A stretch of DNA of 64,000 bases, taken from Ranitomeya imitator (Eukaryota). The notes beneath the pieces were generated by a model, which saw only the letters and a list, made by a program, of their open reading frames with translations, did no database searches and had not been told where the DNA came from. How positions within the stretch are numbered: position 1 is the stretch's first letter; the number at the start of each line of letters is the position of its first letter. Positions 20,860 through 32,302 of this stretch are shown in pieces. The stretch spans positions 12,338,001 through 12,402,000 of the forward strand of contig NC_091285.1 in NCBI RefSeq assembly GCF_032444005.1, written 5' to 3'. Position numbers and translations under genes: made by a program.

Positions 20860-23735
20860 ATGGCCAGCGACTCAAGCCACACCCCACCGCTGAGGAGTCC
20901 GGTGAGTACATGATCTACTATTGCTTACTATTCGCTGTCATTTGTACATGGGTCACTCAACTTTTTGTAAACTATTTTGCAGGCTTCTTCAAGTGAGGAG
21001 GAGAGCCAGGAGGAACAGAGGGAGCAGGAGCAGAGACCACGGGACCAAGCTGTGGTTGCAGGACGGCGAGTAAGTTTTTATGTCAAACCTATCCCTTTTT
21101 TTTCTTTTAGATTTTTTTTTTTGCGGGTATGGTGGGTGGTGGGGGGGTGGGTGGTGGAGGTGGTAGATGGTGGTGGAGAAGGTAGGGACAACAATTTTTA
21201 TCTTGCAAACATTAATATTTTCCATTTATTCTAGGTTTCACAACGGGCCCATGATGACCCACTGGATATTGACATGATGGTGGCATCCATAGAGGAACGG
21301 GGCCCATTGTGGGACAGCCGTGACCCCCGGCACGCGGACCAGGGCGTGTTGCGCCGTTTGTGGATAGAGGTGGCACAATCGCTGTGGGATGGCTTCGACA
21401 GCGCTTCCCCCACGGGCAAAGCTAATTTTCGTAAGTATTTCCAAAATGCTGCTGTGAGCCATCATGCCAGGATTACACAACCGTCTGTGATGTCTTCTAT
21501 TGGGATTGCACACGGTTGCGTGATCGTTTTCAATATTTTCTCTAAAACTTATATATATTTTTTTTATTTATACACAGTTAAACAATTGAAGACCAGATGG
21601 CGCTCCATGAAGGACCGTTTCAAGAGGGGCCTGAAAAAGGAGGGACAGATCCGTAGTGGTGCTGCAGCGTCAAGGACCTCTGTGTACAAATACAACCGTA
21701 TATTGCAGTTCTTGCGACCGTTCCTTGACAGCAGAGAGTAAGTATAGTACCTATGCACACACCTAGTTTTTACAACATGCATATTCACGTACTATATTCC
21801 AGCCACGTAGCTTATTGCCCAGCCATTTATTTTGGCAAGTACGAAGTATAGAAATGAAGAAAAAATTCAAGCTCACCGAGGCGTGAAAAGTAAAAAATAC
21901 ATACTTTTATCCACTTCAATCATAAGCAGAGGATGAAACATCAGCACAATACAATAGACACTATCTACGCGTTTCAGGAGACAGAGAACATCCGACCTGA
22001 AACGCGTAGATAGTGTTTTTATTGTATTGTGCAGATGTTTCATCCTCTGCTTCTGATTGAAGTGAATAAAGTATTTAGTTTTTACTTTTCACGCCTCGGT
22101 GACCTCGAATTTTTTATTCATTTCTGGTCTTCTCACGCTTGACACAGCGGCTCCGTGCTCCGAGCCTTCTGGGATTACTACAATGGTGAGCTTGACTTCC
22201 TATTTTTTTTCCCTGAAATCCAAAGTATACAGAACACAGAAAGATAGTAGATTGGCCGGGCAATATTTCATAGTGGAGTAGTATAGTGCCCATCCAGGTG
22301 TATCCCAGTTTTTTTACACAAAAAAACTTAAAATATAATAGACACGGCATACCTTCTACTGCAAGGCAGGTTATGTTCCCATGGTTGCTCAGCTCGCAGG
22401 ACCTGTGATGACGTCTCGGTCACATGACCGTGACGTCATGGCAGTTCCAACGTAAGCGTAATTGTCGGGCGTTACAAACCGCAACCATGGGTGACTATTT
22501 TGAAATAAATAAATGCATTCGTTTTTTAATATTGATGCGGCATATGCAGTGTCAATATTAAAAATAGGTTAATATTAACGGCGGCAATGGATACCGCCGG
22601 TAAAGTTAATTAATGACACATGTGAAATGTTATATTTAGTATACTAATGGTTTCCTTATGTTTTCACAGAACACACAGCAGCACCCGCGAGACTGTCCGA
22701 CCCTCTGGAGCGGTCCTTCGTGAAGCGCCATCTGAACCGTCGCAGCCATCCCACAGCGAGAGCAGGTCTGCACCACCACAATCTGGCGAACCGGCAGCCG
22801 GTCCATCAGATGTTCCCCTGGCCGAGGCCTCTGTCGCTCCTTCCTTCGGGTCTTCCCGACAGCGTCAGCGGGCCTCGGACAGGGCGATCCTGCCTGAATT
22901 TTTACATTTGAGCACCGTATTTCAGAATGGTTTCAAGGCGCTGTGCGATAAAATGTCCAATATCGACCGGCGTCTTGAAACCATAGAATCGGAGCTCTCG
23001 AGGCCGGCCAAACATTTTTTTAGTGCCATTGACCAGGGCATGGCGGAACATCTTACGCCGGAACTCCAGATTCCGGTCATGTAGGCCTGCAACAACGCAT
23101 ATGTCACTGCTCTGCAGCAGGCTCGGGTCATGCAGTCAGCGACTACAATGCCCGCAGTACCATCGCTGGCTGCCATGACTCCGACTCCTGCTGCAGAGCA
23201 CCACCACAGAGCTCCGCGTGCCGAGGGCCACCGCCACCACAGAACAGAGCCCCAAAGTTCTGCTCCTGCCAGGCCTTCAAGGGCACACAGACGGGAAGCC
23301 GACCCACACCCAGAGGGAGAGAGGAGGAAAAAAAAGAAGAAGACGACAAGCACTACAACCTTGGCTATGGCTGCTCCCAAAACAACCACCCAAAGTACAC
23401 AGCCTGGGTCGACCCGGAGCACACCAAGTACCCAGCCTGGGTCTACACGGAGTACACCCAGTACCCAGCCTGGGTCTACAAGGAGTACACCATCACAGCA
23501 TGGGTCTACCCGGAGCCGGAGTAGCCAGCCAAGGACACTGGTCGTCCCTCCTCCTCCCTCACCTCCTGCTTTTGCAGTCTCGCCACCGTCAACTGGCTGG
23601 ATTGATGTCGGCATCCCGTCTAGTGTCATAGAGTATGCTGCTTCCTCCCCCTCGTCCTCCTCCTCGGTCTCCTTAACACCCACCAAAACTGGGGTATATC
23701 AATCCCCCTTAATTGCAGATATAGATACCCCATAA
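20860..23735 (+). pseudogene. Harbinger MADF/Myb-like DNA-binding gene, 5 coding exons, one premature TAG
   Basis: GT-AG exons 20860-20901, 20983-21069, 21235-21430, 21578-21737, 22670-23735 join in frame; MADF-type tryptophans (PLWDSRD, RLWIEVA, TRWRSMKDRF); TAG at 23082-84 with frame continuing; 33-bp STQPGSTRSTP repeats; AATAAA at ~23765. Confidence 0.8.
21850..22125. repeat. Long hairpin (two ~130-bp inverted arms, 17-nt loop) of Penelope-like terminal sequence in MADF intron 4
   Basis: 21850-21978 is the near-perfect reverse complement of 21996-22125; right arm has GAAACGCGTA and AATAAA. Confidence 0.85.
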
Positions 23736-23993
23736 CATTTCCCATTTCTTTTTTTTGTGTCCCAAATAAAATTGTTATTTTGTTCAAAAATACTGAGTTT
23801 TTATTGTCTATAATAAAGTTTGCACCAAATCACACCGTGCGCCGTATAAACAAATCTTGTGTTTGTAACACCTGATGTGCAATGTCTGACAATATTTTAT
23901 AAATAATTTTTTTTATTGTTTTATAGGGCTGTCACTCATTGTACTATGAGATGTTACAAACACAAACAGCATTGCTCAATATATCAAGTTTAA

Positions 23994-24676
23994 AATGTAC
24001 CATCACACAACGATTTCAGTAACGATATAGTTGGTTTTTGTCAGTAACCAACGTTATCTTTTCTGAAATCGTACAACGATCAGGCCCCTGCTGGGAGATT
24101 GTAGGTCTCAGCGAATGATTAGGAATTTTTTGGGGTAACTGATCACACGCTGTCATTGTTGGATCGGCGTGTTTGACACCGATCCAGCGATGTCTTTGCT
24201 GTAAACAAGGGAATATTGGGTTACTAGCGCAGTGTTTTAAACACTCAAAAAAGTGAACAATACCCCCCCCCAAAAAAAAGGTGTCAACCACGTCCCTCGC
24301 CGTCATCTTTCCGCAGTGACTGACACTGTGATTCCCGCCCGTAAAGCAGAGCACACCGTTGACTTAATAATAAACGCTGTGCTTTAGGGCTGGCACAGTA
24401 CGGAAAGCTGACGGCGATGGACGTGTCACACACCGGAATGTAAGGGTTTTTTTATTCTTTTAAATTACATTTACAATGGTAAACAGGGAAAACATCGTGA
24501 GTGCGGCCATGCGCTTCATAACATTACCCAGATTACACGGGGACTTGCTCTTTTTTGGTCGCTGGAGAGCTGTCTGTGTGACAGCTCTCCAGCAACCACG
24601 CGACAAATAAATAACGATCACGGTCAGGTCGTATCACTGGTCGGTATCGTTGGATAATCGTTTTATTACGGTACCT
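23994..24676. mobile_element. Nested non-autonomous Harbinger-like element between the two Harbinger genes
   Basis: Degenerate ends aatgtaccatcacacaacgat / atcgttttattacggtacct with TAA-like flanks. Confidence 0.45.
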
Positions 24677-25206
24677 TAAGAATATTGGTCAGGTGAGGTG
24701 GTAGCAATGTTCACAGTGTCGCCACTATTTGACTCTGGACGAATTCTAGCATCCTGAGTGCAATAGTGTTAACTCTGTAGAGTTTTGCAAACATGATCGT
24801 CTCCCTCCTTGTCAAGCCAGGTTCCATATGCAAATAGTCTGCAAGATTAAAAATGGTTGACAAGGTGGGAGCCGATCATGTTATATGTCAAAACTATGGA
24901 ACACACGGCTGAAATATTTTTTTGTTTTGTCACAGTCCATTTGGGTACTGGTGCTCACATAAATTTTGTGGGACACACATTAGTTTATATAATGGATTTT
25001 AAAATTTGATTACTATGGAAAAACATATGGGAGATTTGTTTTGTGAAAACGGAAAGGCACAAGAACTTTATTTCAAAACACAACGCACTAGACAATCAGG
25101 GGACATTAAACAACATTTAAATAACCTTACATAGGCTGGTAAAATGTCATGGACTCCACAGTGTTTACATTACAGTGTTTTTATTGTATCATAATACCAA
25201 GATGAA

Positions 25207-26586
25207 TTAAACCATTTGATCTTGCCATGAAACACGCCCAACATCTGAAACAAAGTATGCAGCAAATTGGTCCCTCATGTGAGCAATCTCCACAGTTGTC
25301 CGCAGAGGATGATCTTGATAATCAGGCAATGGATTTGGTATGGGTTCATCGAGTTCCACGTTGACTCTCTCTTTATCAATAATAAAATTGTGGAGAACCA
25401 CACACGCCTTCACCACCTCATCCACTGTCTCAATTTTCAAATTTATAGCGGATCCTAAGATACGCCATTTGGAGACAAGGATTCCAAAGGCGCACTCCAC
25501 AGTTCTTCTGGCCCTGGACAGTCTATAATTAAAAATACTTTTGGTGCGGTCCAACCCCCGACTGGAGTACGGTTTAAGTAGGTTGCCACTCATTTGAAAA
25601 GCCTCATCCCCAACCACAACAAATGGCAGGGCCGGGCCTTCGGTGTTGGGAAGAGGTCGTGGCTGGGGGAAATTAAAATTGTTATCGTACAATCTTCGGC
25701 CCATATCAGACTCCTTAAATGTCCGTGAATCATTTGCAAGGCCAAACGCTCCAATGTCCACAGCGAGAAACCTGCAGTCCGCACCTGCAATTGCCATGAG
25801 CACGGTGGAAAAGTATTTTTTATAATTAAAAAACAGAGATCCACTTCTTGAAGGCTTGGTAATCCTAATGTGCTTCCCATCCACGGCTCCAATACAGTTA
25901 GGGAAAGAACACACTTGTTCGAATTTTTGGGCATTGGCCTGCCATAATTCTGTTGTAGGGATGGGTAAAAATTCCTCCCGGAGGTTGTCCCACAATGCGC
26001 GGCATGTGTCGGCAATAATACCAGACAGTGTGGAGACTCCAATCCTAAACTGGAAATGCAGTGATCTCAAGGTCTCTCCGGTAGCAAGGAAACTGACAAG
26101 AAGAAAAATAAATAAATGTAATTAATTAAATTGTTATGAAATAATTTTTCATTCTTAATTACAATCCCCCACCCCACAAAACCAAAACACGTTACTTTAA
26201 AAAATGGCAAGAACATATAAATCCTTCACATTGCATTACGTACCGTAGACCAGCAGACGTTCCTCGGGGGAAATTGATTTACGGAGCTGCGTGTCCTGCC
26301 TGGAAATGGCTCCTTCCACCAGACGCAGCAGATATCGGAAGCTGTTTTGTGACATCCTGGTGTATTCAAAGTATTTCTCCTGGTTCTCATTTAATTCGCC
26401 AAACAGACAATGGTAGGCTCCACGACTCTCTCGGACTTCCACTATAGGGTGTAGCCAAAAACGCCGACGACTCCTTCTCCGTAGTTTGTCTCTTTTCCTC
26501 TGTTCATGACAGGCAATAGCATAAGCAATAGCAAGGGCAAATTCCAGCTCCATATTGAGGTAGATACTCTCCATGGTACGCTCCAT
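25207..26586 (-). CDS. Harbinger (HARBI1-like) DDE transposase, two exons; open only if the downstream donor at 26239 is used
   Basis: Exon 1 26586-26244 (or 26240), exon 2 26092-25207; GAVDGKH, VGDEAF, RARRTVECAFGIL all intact; apparent 4-nt deletion at the end of exon 1. Confidence 0.65.
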
Positions 26587-26963
26587 CTTGATGCTGTATG
26601 GTTGGAAATAATCTATGCCGGGGTATATATACCACAATTACATTATACCCACCCTCATCTACCCATTGGTGGCATTATCTAGTGTCTAGACACTAGACCC
26701 ACCCTCTTCTATTCATTGGTGGTATTATCTAGTGTCTAGACACTAAATTGTGTTGAAAGATTACTTCATTGTTTGACAACGCATGCGTCGTAAAACGCTG
26801 CGTTTTTTGGAAAAACGCAACAAAAACGCACAAAAAACGCTGCGTTTTACGACGCATCCGTTCGACGCATGCGTCAAAAATGGTGCGTTTTTGCGTGCGT
26901 TTCCGATCCGTCATGCGTTGCGTCGGCGACGCTGCGTCGCATGACGCTAATGTGAACGTAGCC

Positions 26964-28725
26964 TAAAGAAAGCTGGAATGTTCCATCTGTCTGACCCTGT
27001 ATACAGATCCTGTCACCCTGAGATGTGGACACAACTTCTGCCGGGTCTGTATTGATTGGAACCTGAATACACAGGACGGATCTGGAGTTTACTCCTGTCC
27101 TGAATGTGGAGAAGATTTTCAAGGGCAACTGGCACTGATAAAGAAAATAACTCTGTGTAATGTAATGGAGAATTTCCGGCCTACTCAGTCAAATCAAGAG
27201 ATGACAGGGATCCGCTGCACTTACTGTATTGACTTTCCTGTATCTGCTGTTAGAGCCTGTCTACACTGTGAGGCTTTTTTGTGTGATAATAACTCGAAAC
27301 TTCACAGCAAAGGACCAGAACACGTCTTCAATTATCCCACCACTTCTCTAAAGAACGAGAAATGTTCTGTCCATAAGAAGATCCTGGAATATTACTGCAC
27401 TGAGGACGCTGCTTATATCTGTGTGCCCTGCTGTTTGATCGGAGAACATCGAGGACACTGGGTGGAGACGCTGGATGAGGCCTCTGAGAAGAAGAAGAAG
27501 ACACTGAGAAATGTTCTCAAGAAACTCATCACAAAGAGAAATCAGACTGAGGAAAGAGTCCAGAGGTTGGAGGAGCACTGGAGAAAAGCTCAGGAGAAAG
27601 CAGCTGGGCAAGTTGAGAGAGTCACTGCACGTTTTAGAGACATCAGAAGATGGGTGGACGACCTGGAAAAGAGGGTCCTGAGTGACATCTCCAGGCGGGA
27701 AAAGAAGGTGTCACTGTCACTGTCTGATGTGATCCAGAAGCTGGAAATAGAGAAGGAGGAGCTGTCCAGGAAGATGAGGCACATTGAGGAGCTGTGTTAC
27801 ATGACGGATCCATTGACTTTCTTACTGGAACCAGACACCGGTGACTTGTGTGATCCTGAAGAGGAGGGAAGGTGGTGAGGCCACAGGAGAACATAATGGA
27901 GGTGATGCGGACAAAGTGAGACATGATAGAGGTGATAAGGACACAGGAGGACATGATGGAGGTGATGATGACACAGGAGGACATGATGGAGGTGATGAGG
28001 ACACAGGAGGACATGATGGAGGTGATGAGGACACAGGAGGACATGATGGAGGTGATGAGGACACAGGAGGACATGATGGAGGTGATCGGGGTGCGGAGCT
28101 GATCTCACACATATCACACACATTATCTGCTATGATAAGAGATATAAATGTGATCTTCCATGTACAGGATCCTGCAGACATATTACTGGATGTAAACACG
28201 GCTGCTAATAATCTCCTTATATCAGACGACCTGAAAACTGCGGCCTGGACGGAAATAAGACAGAATCATCCAGAAACAGCAGAGAGATTCCCGTATAATC
28301 AGGTGATGAGCGGGAGGAGATTTACCTCAGGACGACATTACTGGGATGTGGAGATCAGGGGATCAGGATGGTGGGGTGTGGGGATGTGTTACCCCAGTAT
28401 AGACAGAAGGGGGCGTCAGTCATACATTAGAGATAATAATAAAATATCCTACGGTTTATATAGAGGGCGGTTGTCTAATAATCAGTATTCAGTGACACAT
28501 GACAGTAAAGTGATCCCGTTACCTCACCAGATCTCCAGTGATCGGTTCAGGATATGTCTGGATTATGAGGCCGGGCAGTTGTCCTTTTATGAGCTGTGTG
28601 ACCCCATCAGACACTTACACACCTTCACTGCCACCTTCTCCGAGCCTCTACATGCTGGGTTATGGGTACGGGAAGGTTCTATAAACATATCAGGGAGGAG
28701 CAGCTGTGAGGAACCTTCTTCGTAG
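26964..28725 (+). pseudogene. TRIM copy B pseudogene (RING to SPRY)
   Basis: Open frame 26973-27878 (RING, B-boxes, coiled coil); +1 frameshift at ~27870 at the start of the VNTR; SPRY half stop-free to 28725; no start codon. Confidence 0.9.
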
Positions 28726-29389
28726 GAAAAAAACACCAGTCGCTGTGTAGATTTCTCCTGTGACGATGGCTCTTCCCAGTTGCTCCTCCCTGACTGGTGA
28801 AGCCTTCAGTGAATGGAGCTACTTCTTTCATCTCTTTACTTCAGTCCTGTAGATAAATATGAATCCCCATGAATAGACTATATGATTATTTGTCAGCGCT
28901 GTCATTCAAGTCATGGACTTTCAGTATTTTGCTTCTGCAGAATATAATATTTTCACAATCGTTTTTTTTATGAGAAACAATTGGAAAGTTGATTATTTAG
29001 CTTTTGAAATTCAAATGAACAATTATAAAGATATATATTTTTTGTTAAGCTTCTCATCACCATATTCCAAAAAAAATAACTTTATTTTTGTGTTATGATG
29101 GCTTGTATTTTGTCTACCACATTTTAGAGAATATATAAAGTACTATTTCATTTTCATAAATGTTGGAGGAAAGGGTTGGTCAAAAATTAAATTCTATTCT
29201 TACTATTTGCATCTACAGTATCTATCTGTATTGTCTGCTAACCATATGGTTTAAATGACATATTAACTTTATTTTATGGGTCATTATAACTACAGAAAAT
29301 AAAAAAAATGATAGTTTTTTGTTTCCAATTTTGCACAATTGGCTGCCAATTGTTTTAGTCTTGCTACATCTCAGCATCCACAATGTTCA

Positions 29390-29650
29390 TTGTGGAGACC
29401 CAAGGGGTCAGTGGGTGCCCTGGTCCACTAATCGAAACTGCATGTACTGGGGATCATCCCACCGAACGCCCACTGTCCTTTAACCGTGAGCATAACACTA
29501 CTCAGGCAACACAGGGTGAGGGTAAAACTGTGTGCCAATGCTTTATTGAACCACAAAACAGGCAGATAACACGTAGAACAGTCCCAGCAAAATACCCAAG
29601 ATGGTGCACAATTACAGAATCTAACTCTTCCGCAGACTCGCCTGGATAAG
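29390..29650. mobile_element. Probable LTR fragment (related fragment at 41023-41130)
   Basis: Starts tgtggagacc; shares tttattgaaccacaaa...agaacagtcccagcaaaa with 41023-41130; no full boundaries. Confidence 0.3.
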
Positions 29651-29943
29651 ACCTACTCACATTGTTTGATTATGCAATCTATTCGCATAGTTTTTCCTCC
29701 TCTGTTCTTCAAGTCAACAAACTAGCTGTCCTGGACAGTGTGTAATCAGCAAACATCACTAGTCATCAAGGATAACATCACAATATGTTACATCAAATGT
29801 CAACATGCAAGTCAATAGTACAGGCTTATATGATCAAAAGTCTGCTTTTTCTTGATCAACCAGAAAGAAACACATAAATTAAAAGTCAACATATAGATAA
29901 TAGTCTATTCCTCCTGGCTTGCTGAAAATAGATGTCTGGTTAA

Positions 29944-32302
29944 CCCCTTTACCCCCAAGGGTGGTTTGCACGTTAATGACCAGGCCAATTTTTACAATTC
30001 TGACCACTGTCCCTTTATGAGGTTATAACTCTGGAACGCTTCAACAGATCCCGGTGATGTCTGATGTTTTCTCGTGAAATATTGTCCTTCATGATAGTGG
30101 TAAAATTTCTTTGATATTACCTGCGTTTATTTGTGAAAAAAATGGAAATTTGGCGAAAATTTTGAAAATTTCCAACTTTCCAACTTTGAATTTTTATGCC
30201 CTTAAATCACAGAGATATGTCACACAAAATACTTAATAAGTAACATTTCCCACATGTCTACTTTACATCAGCACAATTTTTGAACCAAAATTTTTTTTTG
30301 TTAGGGAGTTATAAGGGTTAAAATTTGACCAGCAATTTCTCATTTTTACAACACCATTTTTTTTTTTAGGGACCACATCACATTTGAAGACATTTTGAGG
30401 GGTCTATATGATAGAAAATAACCAAGTGTGACACCATTCTAAAAAGTGCACCCCTCAAGGTGCTCAAAAGCACATTCAAGAAGCTTATTAACCCTTCGGG
30501 TGTTTCACAGAAATTTTTGGAAAGAAAAATGAACATTTAACTTTTTTTCACAAAAAATTTATTCAGCTCCAATTTGTTTTATTTTACCAAGGGTAACAAG
30601 AGAAATTGCACCCCAAAAGTTGTTACACAATTTGTCCCGAGTACGCCGATACCCCATATGTGGGGGTAAACCACTGTTTGGGCGCATGGCAGAGCTTGGA
30701 AGGGACGGAGCACCATTTGACTTTTCCAATGCAAAATTGACTGGAATTGAGATGGGACGCCATGTTGCGTTTGGAGAGCCACTGATGTGCCTAAACAGTG
30801 GAAACCCCCAATTCTAACAGAAACCCTAACCCAAACACAGCCCTAACCCTAATCCCAACCACACCCCTTACCCTGACACACCCCTAACCCTAATCCCAAC
30901 CATAAATGTAATCCTAACCCTAACCCTAACCCTAGCCCTAACACTAATGGGAAAATGGAAATAAATACATTTTTTTAATTTTTTTATTTTTCCCTAACTA
31001 AGGGGGTGATGAAGGGGGGTTTGATTTACTTTTATAGTGGGTTTTTAGCGGATTTTTATGACTGGCAGCCGTCACACACTAAAAGACGCTTTCTATTGCA
31101 AAAAATATTTTTTGCGTTACCAAATTTTGAGAGCTATAATTTTTCCATATTTTGGTCCACAGAGTCATGTGAGGTCTTGTTTTTTTGCTGGACGAGTTGA
31201 CGTTTTTATTGGTAACATTTTCGGGCACGTGACTTTTTTGATCGCTTTTTATTCAGATTTTTGTGAGGCAGAATTACAAAAAAACAGCTATTCATGAATT
31301 TTTTTTTGGGGGGGGCGTTTATACCGTCCCACGTTTGATAAAATTGATAAAGCAGTTTAATTCTTCAAGTCAGTATCATTACAGCGATACCTCATTTATA
31401 TCTTTTTTTATGTTTTGGTGCTTTTATTCGATAAAAACTATTTTATAGAAAAAATAATAACTTTTGCATCGCTTTATTCTGAGGACTATAACTTTTTTAT
31501 TTTTTCACTGATGATGCTGTATCGTGGCTCGTTTTTTGCGGGACAAGATGACGTTTTCAGTGATACCACGGTTATTTATATCCGTCTTTTTGATCGCGTG
31601 TTATTACACTTTTTGTTCGGCGGTATGATAATAAAGCGTTGTTTTTTGCCTCGTTTTTTTTTACGGTGTTCACTGAAGGGGTTAACTAGTGGGACAGTTT
31701 TCTAGGTCGGGTCGTTACGGACGTGGCAATACTAAATATGTGTACTTTTATTGTTTTTTTTTTTATTTAGATAAAGAAATGTATTTATGGGAATATTTTT
31801 ATTTACTGTATTTTTTTTATTTAGGATTTTTTTTTACACATCTGAATATTATTATTTTTTTACACTATAACATTGCCCCGGGGGGGGGGGGGTGGGAGCA
31901 TCAACACTTTGCTGTGCACTGTGTCAGATCAGCGATCCGACGTGCACTGCAGAGAGGCTTCCAGGCGCCTGCTCTGAGCATGCGCTAGGAAGCCACCTCC
32001 CTGCAGGACCCGGATGCAGCCCCGCGGCCATTTTGGATCCGGGGCCTGCAGGGAGGAGACACTCGGTACAACGCGAGCACATCGCGTTGTACCGAGGGTC
32101 TCAGGGAAGCCCGCAGGGAGCCCCCTCCCTGCACGATACTTCTCTATGCCGCCGGAACGCTGTGATCATGTTTGATCGCAGTGTGCCGGGGGTTAATGTG
32201 GCATACGTGAGCGCGGCCGATCGCTATGATGTACTATCCCGTCGGTTGGCATACGGGCACACCCCACCTCGACGGGATAGTACGTCACATGTCAGAAAGG
32301 GG
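29944..32302. mobile_element. piggyBac-type non-autonomous element (~2.4 kb)
   Basis: TTAA|cccctt ... aagggg|TTGA ends; no coding capacity; only the terminal few bases are inverted. Confidence 0.55.
30824..30945. repeat. Degenerate telomere-like (CCCTAA)n tract inside the piggyBac-type element
   Basis: ccctaaccctaa... including cctaaccctaaccctaaccctagccctaa. Confidence 0.85.

Larger units (their letters stand above)
19515..26963. mobile_element. Near-complete two-gene PIF/Harbinger transposon (7449 bp)
   Basis: TIR gggtacgttcacattagcgtcatgcgacgcagcgtc / reverse complement at 26928-26963; TAA TSD (19512-14, 26964-66); subterminal ACGCATGCGT palindromes; convergent MADF/Myb-like and transposase genes. 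Confidence 0.95.

Noticed and set aside
22922-23686. 254-aa minus-strand ORF
   Set aside because: Antisense shadow of the GC-rich last exon of the MADF gene.
27165-27878. RING-less dominant-negative TRIM from the internal ATG of copy B
   Set aside because: No promoter or acceptor support, a B-box1 His is lost and a premature stop follows; needs expression data.
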